From assembly GCA_964016885.1 (NCBI GenBank), contig OZ024742.1, positions 279,992,001 to 280,056,000 of the forward strand: DNA of 64,000 nucleotides, read 5' to 3'. The position numbers and the translations under genes are program-made. The stretch is from Eledone cirrhosa. Taxonomy: Eukaryota. Below the pieces are notes generated by a model. That model was not told the DNA's origin. It did no database searches and saw only the letters and a program-made list of their open reading frames with translations. Below are positions 43,776-55,489 of this stretch, piece after piece (position 1 is the stretch's first letter; each line of letters opens with the position of its first letter).

Positions 43776-45404
43776 CTTCCTTATATGAGAAGATTGTAGT
43801 TGTCAAATGGATTGGTTAAAATGTGTTGTAAACACAAATAAGTCTATCCTGGCATTTGGTGGCAGGTAGGGGTGGCTGAACTTGCCTGTAGAACAATAGG
43901 GGAGTGAATGGAGCGGTCAAGTGTTGAAAGTGATATGTATACAGCAGATTCTAAGGATAGTGTAAGAAGTGGAGGAGGTAGGTTATAGAATACGGAAATC
44001 GAATGAGAGTAGGAGAAATAAAAATACTAGAAATAAATAAAATAATATATAAAATTAGATAGTGAGAAATGATTAAAAAGAAAAAATCACAGTGCTATCT
44101 TACAATTATAGGTTAGTAAGTTGAGAATAGAAAAAACTTGTAGAAATTACAAAACTGATACAACATTAAAGGGGTTTAACACATCTGTTATAAGTAGTTA
44201 GTAAAACGTATTCGGCCAATTCTATCATAAAATTACAGTGGTCGGGGACTGATGCTACAAGACCCGATGGGCTGCATTTGGGTAGGCGAAAGGGAAAAAG
44301 CAGACGAGGAAGAAAATAGAGGGTGGAAGGAAGTGATAGGATGAGACAGGGGGAAGAAGAAGAGAAAGAGGAAAAGAAAAGAGTTACATCTACCTATGTA
44401 AGCTGGGGTTTCCCCTAACTTATTCGTCAGGCGGGGGGGGGGGGGTATCAGCCCTTATCTACGCACTCGGGTCGTTATAGGGTTTGAGGGCGAGGTAAGT
44501 CCTACGCAATCTGTGTTTGCATGCGGTAACCAGTTCGTCTTTCTTGTTTAGGAGTTGGTCTTTCGAAACCGAATAAGTTAAGGGAATCCACAGCTTACAT
44601 AGGTAGATGTAACTCTTTTCTTTTCCTCTTTGTCTTCTTATTCCCCCTGTCTCATCATATCACTTCCTTCCACCCCTATTTTCTTCCTCGTCTGCTTTTC
44701 CCCTTTCGCCTACCCCGATGCAGCCCATCGGGTCTTGTAGCATCAGTTCCCCCACCCCTGTAATTTTAACATAGAATTGGCCGAATACGTTTTACTAACT
44801 ACGTATAGCAGATGTGTTAAACCCCTTTAATTTTGTATCAGTTTGTAATTTCTACAAGTTTTTTCTATTCTCAACTTATTAACCTGTAATTGTAAGATAG
44901 CATCGTGATTTATTTTTTTATTCGTTTCTCACTATCTAATTTTATATATATATTTTTTTTCTAGTATATTTTATTGTCTCCTACTCTCATTCGATTTACC
45001 TATTCTATAACCTCCCTCCTCCACTTCATACACTATCCTTAGAATCTGCTGTATACATATCACATTCAACGCTTGACCGCTCCACTCACTCCCGTATTGT
45101 TCTACAGGCAAGTTCAGCTATCCCTACCTCCCAGCAAATGCCATGATAGACTTATTTGTGTTTACAACAAATGTTAACCAATCCTCTTGATAACTACAAT
45201 CTTCCCATATAAGGAAGTACCCCCTTGACATGTTCAGCTATTTATTCACCAGTCTAAACATTCTAATTTAGTCCAGAAATAGTCGTCGGATCGGCTTGAG
45301 CTCTGCCGTCGGGGTCATACTGTTTCCTATTTCCCACTCTACTACTATAAGTATTGAGTTCTCTGGTGCGTTATGGTCCATTTGGTTCCTTACCACAATT
45401 CCTT

Positions 45405-45442
<38 letters not shown>

Positions 45443-45600
45443 AGAGAATATGCTCCGAAATCTTTAGACGTGTCAGTCGAACCTGCATGTCCAGAATCAG
45501 ACAGATCCACACAATGATCGCGTCTCGAGCTGTCCGCCGGGGAAACAATTGTAACACACAATAAACTGAGTTCAGATATATCACTGACTTTTCATCTTCT

Positions 45601-45675
<75 letters not shown>

Positions 45676-46109
45676 GTAATCTAAGTTTTTCGAATATTAA
45701 TAATAACATTCGATTCGTTTGCAATTATGCAAACGAGCCTCAATTGTATAACCATGTCAGTAGAATGAACACTTCATACTTGCTCTTGTGTTGGCATGCG
45801 ATCAGAACTGCAGGCACTAATGTTTCTGGGTATCACCCTTTATCAGTACAGCTCACTGTTCACCTGCCAAAGTGTCAGAGCTAGTGAAACTATATGCTAT
45901 TTTGAAAAATACACAACGACTTATCGGCCTGATTTGCATGTTAGCAGACTGACTGATCAGCCAGATTTGCATATCAGCACACTGGCCAATCAGTTTCCTG
46001 TATACAAGCGATAAATGGCCGGCTTTGCCAAATTCAAATAAAACAGAATATTTCGCTCTACATTGCTGAATACAATAAATGTAATCTAAGTTTTTCGAAT
46101 ATTAATAAT

Positions 46110-46258
46110 TGTTTCTACTTTATCCCAGTTTATTATTGGTACATTATTTTATAGACCCCGTAAGGATGAAAGGCAAAGTTAAACTCGGCGCCATTTGAAC
46201 TCAGATCATAAAGGGCCGTAACTCTTTGCAGCAAAGTATGCCGTCCCACCCTCCACCG
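46110..46258 (-). mobile_element. SINE insertion with target-site duplication
   Basis: Flanked by aatattaataat on both sides; the paralogous segment at 45672-45790 lacks the insert. Confidence 0.85.
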
Positions 46259-46879
46259 AATATTAATAATAACATTTGATTCGTTTGCAATTATGCAAAC
46301 AAGCCTCAATTTTATAGCCATGTCAGTAGAGTGAACGCTTCTTTCTTGCTCTTGTGCTGGCATTGTATTCAGCCATGTAGAGCGAAATTTTATTTTATAT
46401 ATATATATATGTATAGAATATCGTATACATATCACTGACAGGTTGACAAAATATCTTTCCCTGTGGATATACACAACCTCAAGCAACTTAGATATAAGGA
46501 GCCTGAACAAAAACCCCGACTGTAAAAACAGTTTGTGAATTGAAAAATAAAATAACCAGACGACGTAAATAGATTGACATGGTCATCATCCGCATATCGC
46601 TTCTTCGAATGTTCATGCAGTTACTGAATCGGAGAATAAATCAAACCATATCATTTGATCGATATGGTCATCATTACCAGAACTAAATTCCTCATCGGAG
46701 GGTTTCTGTTTAGTATAAGGGTAGATACCTTTTAAGAGAGATTGTTTTTTCCCTCATCCACCTAGCTTGGTGCGATCAAATTAAATATTAACAATAACGC
46801 AGGAATGCGTGAACAAATAAAAAGTAAATATTTGTATAACCGGACAAAAAGACATACTTATATCTGAGCCATAATATAG

Positions 46880-47190
46880 GGTTCTAATTTAGGTACAAGG
46901 CCAAAAATTTTGGGAGTGGGTAAAGTCGATTAAATGGGCCCCAGAGCATTCCTGATAATTTATTTTATCAATCCCGCCAGAATGAAATACAAAGCTAACG
47001 TCAGCGATTTGAAATCATGTCTGATGCATAATAATGAATTCTAGTGTAGGAACAAGGCCAGAAATTTATGGGAGAGGAAAGTCGATTAAATCGAACCCAG
47101 TGCTTTACTGGTACTTTATTTTATCGACCCTGTAAGTATGAAAGGCGGAGCTAACCTCAGCAGAATTTGAACTCAGAACGTAAAGGAACG
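46880..47190 (-). mobile_element. Two tandem SINE copies
   Basis: Repeated tag...acaaggcca..aattt.ggga..gtcgattaaat....cccag...tttattttatc.ac...atgaaa motif. Confidence 0.7.
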
Positions 47191-47439
47191 ATGCATAATA
47201 ATAACGATTATCCACATTCTTTCTTTTGGTATATCGAAGACTACCTCATTTAATACACCCCTCGTATTTTGAAAGTGATAGTGTGTGGTTATAAGGGAAT
47301 TGGCGACTATTTCTAGCGGATTAAGCCAACGTGTAGAGATTTTCTTGTAGCTCATTTGCTAGTATGTAGAGATTGTCTATTATGTGCATGTGGTATATAT
47401 TCTGTAGTATTCTCACAGAAAGATGACATCATTGGATGA

Positions 47440-47710
47440 TCTCTCTCCAAAGTTAAAATTATGTCAATTGTCTTCGTCATCCTGTTTAACACGATCACTG
47501 AAAGCAGCTTGTTGGTCACCAAGCAAAAAGATTCCTCTCCAGTTTGAACAATCGCTAAGATAAACTATATTTGGCAGTTTCACAATAGCCGCTGTTTCCC
47601 ATTTTCCTGATATTTACTCATCACGCCACATCATTTCACGAAAGGTAAGTAGCAATGTTGCTATGGCTTCCTCGCCAAATGTAACAAGCTTAACGTGGTA
47701 TTCCAACTCT
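47440..47710 (-). mobile_element. RTE-type RT N-terminal fragment
   Basis: Minus strand reads ISGKWETAAIVKLPNIVYLSDCSNWRGIFLL, the 'W....IVK.PK.G.L.DC.NWRGI.LL' motif. Confidence 0.7.
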
Positions 47711-48385
47711 ATTCGCAATATTTTTTTATATCTATATTTCAATAATTATTGTAATTCAAATGAAGATGCCAACCGGAAACCATACCTGGCTAAAGAGCGA
47801 GAGCTTCCCATGAAAACAAGCTTGCTCAGAAACAGAAACTGAAATATTTAGTTGAACTATCTATACAATATTATATATTTACTCTACACTATGCAGGTAG
47901 AGTTTCGTAATTTAACCGTGCAAATATACACACCAACAACTGCACACAATTGCGCGCATGTGTAATCGGTGTTATGTGTATGTCTCGCTGAGGTAAATGT
48001 TTCATTTCACTTTTCTCGAGTTCGATAAATACAGTAGATTTGTGGTGTCATGAGCGCGTCGGTTCTTCTTCCTGCTCTTTGAGTTCTGTGTTCAAATCCA
48101 CTTGTGACACACTTAGGCGATGAAATTAATTTCACATCCATTTGCTTCACGTGCTAGCTATAACAGTCAAATCACCATCAATCGACGCTACTACCATCCT
48201 AATGGGGAAAAGGGATGGAATGACATATTGGATAATAGGAACCTGGATGAAATATGATGTAACGGTCATAAAAAAACGTTCATCAATCAGGATTTATTGG
48301 ATGCTAAAACAACAACAAAATAGGTAGTCATGAAACAACTTGTAAATGTGTTAACCACTTCCTTCGTTATATATACATATATATA

Positions 48386-48461
<76 letters not shown>

Positions 48462-48602
48462 TATATGTTGGTTGTTTACCAACACCTCAGTATGCAGATT
48501 GGAGTACTTGACGAAGTGCGCAGGTTGGTTTGGTTACTCCGGAATAATGTAAAATAAAATAAAATAAATGAGTCAAATGTTTAAAATTTGGCTTCGTTTA
48601 TT

Positions 48603-48657
48603 ACTGCTATATATACTTCGGTGACAGCCATCTTTGGCTGTGACCTCTTCAGGCAGT
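48603..48657 (-). ncRNA. Type I hammerhead (one core substitution) within inverted repeat 48545-48920
   Basis: actgc-CTGAAGA-ggtcacagcc(aaagat)ggctgtcacc-GAAG-tatata-TA-gcagt. The mirror arm (48820-48860) keeps GAAA but has lost CTGAAGA. Confidence 0.7.
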
Positions 48658-48983
48658 CCTAATTAGTGTGGTAGAATTGTTGTTTCACTGAGGAACTGGA
48701 ATCATATTATTCCAGTTCCTCAGTGAAACAACAACCCAACCAGGAACTGGGCATATCAGAGTATTGACAAAGTTAAACACCTCAACAACATGTGTACCCG
48801 TCTCTACCACACTAATTCGGACTGCCCAAAGATGGCTGTCACCGAAATATATATAGCAGTAATAAACGAAGCCAAATTTTAAACATTTGACATATTTATT
48901 TTATTTTATTTTATTTTATATAAATATATATATAAAGAATGAATAATAACAGGTAGACATTATAAAAGGTAATTTATTCAGAG

Positions 48984-49100
48984 TGCTTACAAATGTTTCA
49001 ACAGTAGTTATACAGCCTAGTCATGCTATGTGCAAATTGATAATTATTTGATTGCAGAAACTCAATTTTCAAATGCTGCCACTACCGTTTCCTCAGAGCA
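48984..49100 (-). ncRNA. Type I hammerhead with ~70-nt insertion in loop II
   Basis: tgct-CTGAGGA-aacggtagt...actactgtt-GAAA-catttg-TA-agca; intact core and 9-bp stem II. Confidence 0.75.
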
Positions 49101-49139
49101 TAATGGTTAAAATGTAAATACCCTTGTATTTCTAGAGGC

Positions 49140-49858
49140 TAGGAAAACTATTATCAAGTTTGATAACTGCTACAGGGAACGTAGGGACAGGCCCACAAAC
49201 TTCGACATCACGATGGGCTCTAACGACTCAGCGGAGGTCACGGATCTTGTGGGAATTTACATAGCCCACATACGACATGAAAAATTTAGTAATCTATAGA
49301 GGGGAATATATAGAGATGACGCGCTTTTATTAGTTAATAACATAAATAACCAAAATCTTGAAAGGTTACGGAAAAACATTAGAAATTCTTTTAATGAACT
49401 GGGTCTAAAAATAACGTACGAATACAATCTTAAAGTGGTACATTTTCTTGACGTAACTCTTAATTTGAATACTGGACTGATACGACCCTTCCACAAGATA
49501 AATGAGAACCTTGATATATTAATTTTAATTCGAATCACCTACTTTGCAGGATCATATCGGTTCCCCGTAGTATTTCTATCAGAATCTTTGCCTATCGTCT
49601 AACTCTGAGATTTCCAGTAAACATGCTGAATACTATAATAACGCATTAAGGAATGCAGACCCATCGTGATAAAATAGAATACATTGATAAGAATCTCCAT
49701 AACACACTTAGCTGCACAAGCAATCGAAGAATATATAACATGGGTACAGAAATACAAGCACACACACACAGTACCACCAGACATACTAATAGAAAATCAT
49801 CACCAAACTCAAATAAATCACGTTGTAGAAAGTATATCTGGTATAATCCCATTTTAAT
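49140..49858 (+). pseudogene. PLE RT fragment (not captured by ORF track)
   Basis: FDITMGSNDSAEVTDLVGIYI...GIYRDDALLL...LERLRKNIRNSFNELGLKIT...VHFLDVTLNL...KYIWYNP. Confidence 0.85.
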
Positions 49859-49859
49859 G

Positions 49860-50460
49860 CTTCGATTGCCCAGTGGCTGTCGAAAAAAGTGGATCATCAT
49901 GAGTCCCACAGTGGACTTGCTTTGCCTGGGCGTCGTGGCTCTAAAGGAACCAGGATACTTCCATTGAGTGCTCTATCTTTTGGTCTCTGGATCGGAACAG
50001 TAAATGCAGCTTTCGTCATATGTCACCAGACACTCAAGTATTCTTGGATTGAATGTAATGAGATCAACCTTCTACTTGCGGTCACCAATAAGATTTTCCT
50101 AATCTTCGTTACTGAGCCCCATGTGAACAAACTTTGCATAAGTTTTGCGAATGTTCACGAATTACTCTCTGTAGAGCTGCCACAACCACTCTAAACACTA
50201 TCCTTATTGTCTTTAAAGAGACATGGTGTTCTTGATCCAGAACATTGCCAATTTTCTCCACCAGCTCTAATGTTCTGATATCTCTGTCCCTCCCATACCT
50301 TTCATCATCTCACATCTCCTGCTTCTGCTGTCATTGAACCTCTTGTGCCAGTGAGGAAATCTGAAAAGTTTCAAATGCTTCTGTTGCGTTCTTCCCCAGT
50401 TTAACACCAAAACTGCATAGCGTCCTTCCAAATTACCTTCACGTCCCAACTGCATACTGG
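49860..50460 (-). pseudogene. Tc1/mariner transposase remnant
   Basis: Minus strand: GRYAV..., WHKRFND.R, and CLVTYDESCIYCSDPETKR*STQWKYPGS...RQSKS...MM..FF, matching mariner IVTGDE.W...YDPE.K.QS..W. Confidence 0.85.
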
Positions 50461-51418
50461 AAAGTAATCAGCTGTAACAAGCAGGGATTAGTAGGATATG
50501 TTCAAAGTGCTGTTACAGCTGCCCTCTTTTATGGAATGAAAAAAAAACATCGGTAACTCATCCATATCAGATGGATAGTAATGATATATTAAAATTATAA
50601 TATTCTAGAAATATACAAGAGAATATATACAAAACATTAATAAGGAATTTGCAGTATCCATGATACATCTTCAGTTTCATACCTATTATTAACTGGATTT
50701 CCAGGGTATATATCAACCCACCTGGGGCCTACCAAGATGGAAAGCTAGAAAGTGCTGCGAAATCTGGGAGCATCAACATCTGTAAAGTATACTTACAGCT
50801 CAAAGGATGGACAATTGCGCAGGATGAACATTTTCGTCATGAATGTGCCACGGGGAATATGGCCTGCGAAAATGAAATAACGATTAAGAGAAAGAGATAA
50901 CAAACATGTATACATCAATATAGAGACACATAAACACGTATATATACGTACATACACACATACTTTCATACATCAATACTTCCATTCATACAAGCATACA
51001 TAAATTCAGTCATACATACACACACAGACACATATATTCATACACACATACATATATACAAACATACATGCATGCATATATATATATACACCTTCGCTGG
51101 AGCAATCTGTGTCAATCTTCTATCTACCTACCAACATGCAGCCCCACCATTCCAATCACCTCTATCTATTAATTTAAGCTATATGTCTGGAATCCCAGCA
51201 ACTAATGTGACAACTACTCAATGGAATGCTGTCACGTCAACACCTGTTGGTATTTGACAAATATCAATTTATAGAGGCGAACGCATACATATGGTTACAT
51301 GTGTGTGTATATATTTATCTTTCTAGCGTATTCTATTTCTTTTTGTGATTAAACATTATGTGAGAGAAATTTGATAGGCGTAAATTTCAAAAGCACATCG
51401 TAAGTGTGTGTGTGTGTG

Positions 51419-51522
<104 letters not shown>

Positions 51523-51778
51523 CACACACATGTATATATATATACAGAGAGAGAGACATAGGGGAGGGGATGGGGAGGGGGATAGAGAGAGCGTCTGTAA
51601 TACTAAGACCAGAGAGGTCACTATTCATGGGAGTAATCAATGCATTGGGAGATACAAAGTGGGTAACCAGGTAGATCAAATCCCAACTGTGATGCCAAGT
51701 GGTCGGGATTATACTTATCTGTCTATCAATCACACAATCACCTTATTCCCTCTCTCACTCACTCTCTCGCTCTCACCA

Positions 51779-51884
<106 letters not shown>

Positions 51885-51903
51885 GATATATATATATATA
51901 AAA

Positions 51904-51934
<31 letters not shown>

Positions 51935-52216
51935 TATCATAAATCATGTCCTTAGAATTATTAGATAAAATATATACCATTTCCTCTCCCAATTAGCATA
52001 ATTAACCATATAAAAAATCAATTAGACCAAGCTATAAGAATAAAGGCTCCTATGAAGAAACCTCATAGGAGCCTTTATTCATAGGAGAAAGCGGCCTCTA
52101 GCGGTGGCCCCAATAGAGTATTTATCCAACTTTCCAACACCATGTAGAAACTGACTAAATATACGATCAGCATTTATGTATATGTAAACCTTTATATATA
52201 TATATATATATATATA

Positions 52217-53896
52217 TTGGGTGCGGATGCATTCATGTATATATGTGTGTGTCCGCATGTATCTGTGTGTTTCTAAATATATTGTTAATAACTCCCTCTG
52301 GTCGAGCAATCTTTGAAGTGTGGGGACAGCTGGAAAGCTTCCATTACTCATACTTCTCGCCTTCTTCACCACCTCTTCTGCGGCCTCGATATAAATACCC
52401 CCTCCGCCTCCGTGGTATTTTCTTCAAGGTTATAGGAGGCTTAGCTCTGTTTCTCGACCGTTATATCGCGTGACTATCTCCCCCTCCGCCTTTTGGGATT
52501 CTTTCTCACGTCGTGTAGACGCGTTCTTGAGACTAGTAAAATGAGGTATCCTCTTGATAAGTCGGCAGACCTCGCAAGGACTCTATGTCTTTATGATATA
52601 TTGTTTTTGTTTATGCCACGAAACTACGTAGTCGAGGAATTTAGGAGCAGTTTAGGTATGATACATTTTATTACTAATTATATCTAAATGTTTCTTCTCT
52701 CTTCATAATGTATTTTTAACTCTGATACTGGTTCAGTCTAGTTCAACTGAATTGGTCTGTCCCAGTCATTCATTGAGCAACATCGGTGAAGTTGGCACCC
52801 TTAACTCACAGTTGGGTGCGGATGCATTCATGTATATATGTGTGTGTCCGCATGTATCTGTGTGTTTCTAAATATATTGTTAATAACTCCCTCTGGTCGA
52901 GCAATCTTTGAAGTGCGGGGACAGCTGGAAAGCTTCCATTACTCATACTTCTCGCCTTCTTCACCACCTCTTCTGCGGCCTCGATATAAATACCCCCTCC
53001 GCCTCCGTGGTATTTTCTTCGAGGTTATAGGAGGCTTAGCTCTGTTTCTCGACCGTTATATCGCGTGACTATCTCCTCCTCCGCCTTTTGGGATTCTTTC
53101 TAACGTCGTGTAGACGCGTTCTTGAGACTAGTAAAATGAGGTATCCTCTTGATAAGTCGGCAGACCTCGCAAGGACTCTATGTCTTTATGATATATTGTT
53201 TTTGTTTATGCCACGAAACTACGTAGTCGAGGAATTTAGGAGCAGTTTAGGTATGATACATTTTATTACTAATTATATCTAAATATTTCTTCTCTCTTCA
53301 TAATGTATTTTTAACTCTGATACTGGTTCTGTCTAGTTCAACTGAATTGGTCTGTCCCAGTCATTCATTGAGCAACATCGGTGAAGTTGGCACCCTTAAC
53401 TCACAGTTGGGTGCGGATGCATTCATGTATATATGTGTGTGTCCGCATGTATTTGTGTGTTTCTAAATATATTGTTAATAACTCCCTCTGGTCGAGCAAT
53501 CTTTGAAGTGTGGGGACAGCTGGAAAGCTTCCATTACTCATACTTCTCGCCTTCTTCACCACCTCTTCTGCGGCCTCGATATAAATACCCCCTCCGCCTC
53601 CGTGGTATTTTCTTCGAGGTTATAGGAGGCTTAGCTCTGTTTCTCGACCGTTATATCGCGTGACTATCTCCCCCTCCGCCTTTTGGGATTTTTCTCACGT
53701 CGTGTAGACGCGTTCTTGGGACTAGTAAAATGAGGTATCCTCTTGATAAGTCGGCAGACCTCGCAAGGACGCTATGTCTTTATGATATATTGTTTTTGTT
53801 TATGCCACGAAACTACGTAGTCGAGGAATTTAGGAGCAGTTTAGGTATGATACATTTTATTACTAATTATATCTAAATGTTTCTTCTCTCTTCATA

Positions 53897-53902
<6 letters not shown>
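52217..53902 (+). repeat. Tandem array of 595-bp units (~2.8 copies), retrozyme/pLTR-like
   Basis: ttgggtgcggatgc at 52217, 52812 and 53407; near-identical copies, bounded by (TA)n on both sides. Confidence 0.95.
52549..52638 (+). ncRNA. Variant type I hammerhead with U3-A8 core (copies 53144-53233, 53738-53827)
   Basis: tcctc-TTGATAA-gtcggca...tgccac-GAAA-ctacgtag-TC-gagga; palindromic stem III ACTACGTAGT, GUC triplet. Confidence 0.8.
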
Positions 53903-53970
<68 letters not shown>

Positions 53971-54487
53971 TGATGTATATATATATACATATATATATAT
54001 ATATGTATATAAATATATATATGTGTATATATATACAAATGGAAGTCCAGTAAAATCGAAGCGCTCTGGCTGTGGCCAAGCTAAAGATATGCAATCCGGA
54101 ATATCCAGCAAAGCACTCGTTAATGTAGTGTCACATTAGAGTAATAACATACGTTAGAAATCTTGACAAATCGAAAACTGCGACCGGTGAGCCAGCCACA
54201 TGGATCAAAGCAACGTGAAAACCAACTCAGGATATTTTGAGAAACCTAATAAATATTCTTAAAAAGAATCCAGTTGCATTTTCGATGTCTTTTCTTTATA
54301 TATATATATATATATATAATAGTAATAATAATAAATTTGAAGACTACAATCAAAAGAGGGCTCGATAAGGATAAATATATAAGAACAACAGAGCAAATAT
54401 TTATTAAAATAAGAGATTAAAGTTTAAGCAAAGAATCGCTGCTTTCAACCTTAACGGGATCTTCTGTTATTTTAATAAATATTTAAA

Positions 54488-54571
<84 letters not shown>

Positions 54572-54601
54572 TATATATATATGTATGTATATATATATAT
54601 G

Positions 54602-54649
<48 letters not shown>

Positions 54650-54767
54650 AAATCAATTAAGGGAGTCATGTCCGAGACATGCACCATATACTCAAAGATT
54701 CCAATGAATAGATCCTACCATTTTATATCAACTAGAAATTTACATATATATATTTAAAATAAACACA

Positions 54768-55108
54768 TGATTATTTCTCTTTTCCTATTATTATGTTTAA
54801 AGGAGTTAGTATTGTTGGATATGTACTTAATCGGTTCGCTAAATCCGCTAGTGTGAAGGGCTTTATTATAGTAGTGGGGTGTCTTATTGAAAATAGCTTC
54901 TGAGGAAGAGAGGGTGAAGATGCTACGGCTAATATTAGGGATAAGGTTTTTAAATACTATAGGAGGATGGCAAGAGCCTTTATTTATGTATTTTAAATTC
55001 TCATTAGGTTTATGGTACGGTTTATAAGAAGCAGTAGGCAGATCTAGGTTTATATCTAGAAAATTGTCATTGGAAAGGTTAGTGTCAATAGTAATTTTAA
55101 GATTAAAA
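54768..55108 (-). mobile_element. Inverted duplicate of the PLE-3 RT thumb region
   Basis: Reverse complement of ~56562-56903 with a few substitutions. Confidence 0.85.
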
Positions 55109-55489
55109 TGTTCGTGTAGGAAGTGTTAGAAGGTGTTGGGATATTCTTATTAGAGTAATCCAAAGGATATTTATCCATGTTCAGTATTGGTTTAAAATCC
55201 TATTGACCGAAGAGTGCTCGACTTTAAAAGGGCTGGAAGGTGCCAATCTCATAAAAATGTAGAATATGCTACGATCATTCCCTTGGGAGCTGTATAAGTA
55301 TTGAAGTTTCCGTTGAAAATTAAAAAAGTCATAGGAGTGAAGAGTGCTCTATGTAAGTACCAGAGCTAAATTTAATGTATAATAAACAATACAATATAAT
55401 TACCTCATTACCAGAGGTTTCCCGAATAAGACGAATACGAAAAACGTCCTCATTCGTTCTTCGGACAAGGCAATTTAAAACATAGTGAA

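Larger units (their letters stand above)
40602..45409 (-). mobile_element. Near full-length Penelope-like element PLE-2 with two direct pLTRs and one inverted pLTR
   Basis: Direct repeats 40602-41492 and 43675-44567 (with extension to 43580), inverted copy 44569-45409, ORF remnants between; (TA)n at both ends. Same family as PLE-1. Confidence 0.95.

Noticed and set aside
52243-53663. Repeated 76-aa and 64-aa ORFs in the 595-bp unit (also 20878 and 21865 in the 487-bp unit)
   Set aside because: No recognisable domain; recurrence only reflects DNA duplication, and the third copy of the 64-aa ORF is frameshifted.
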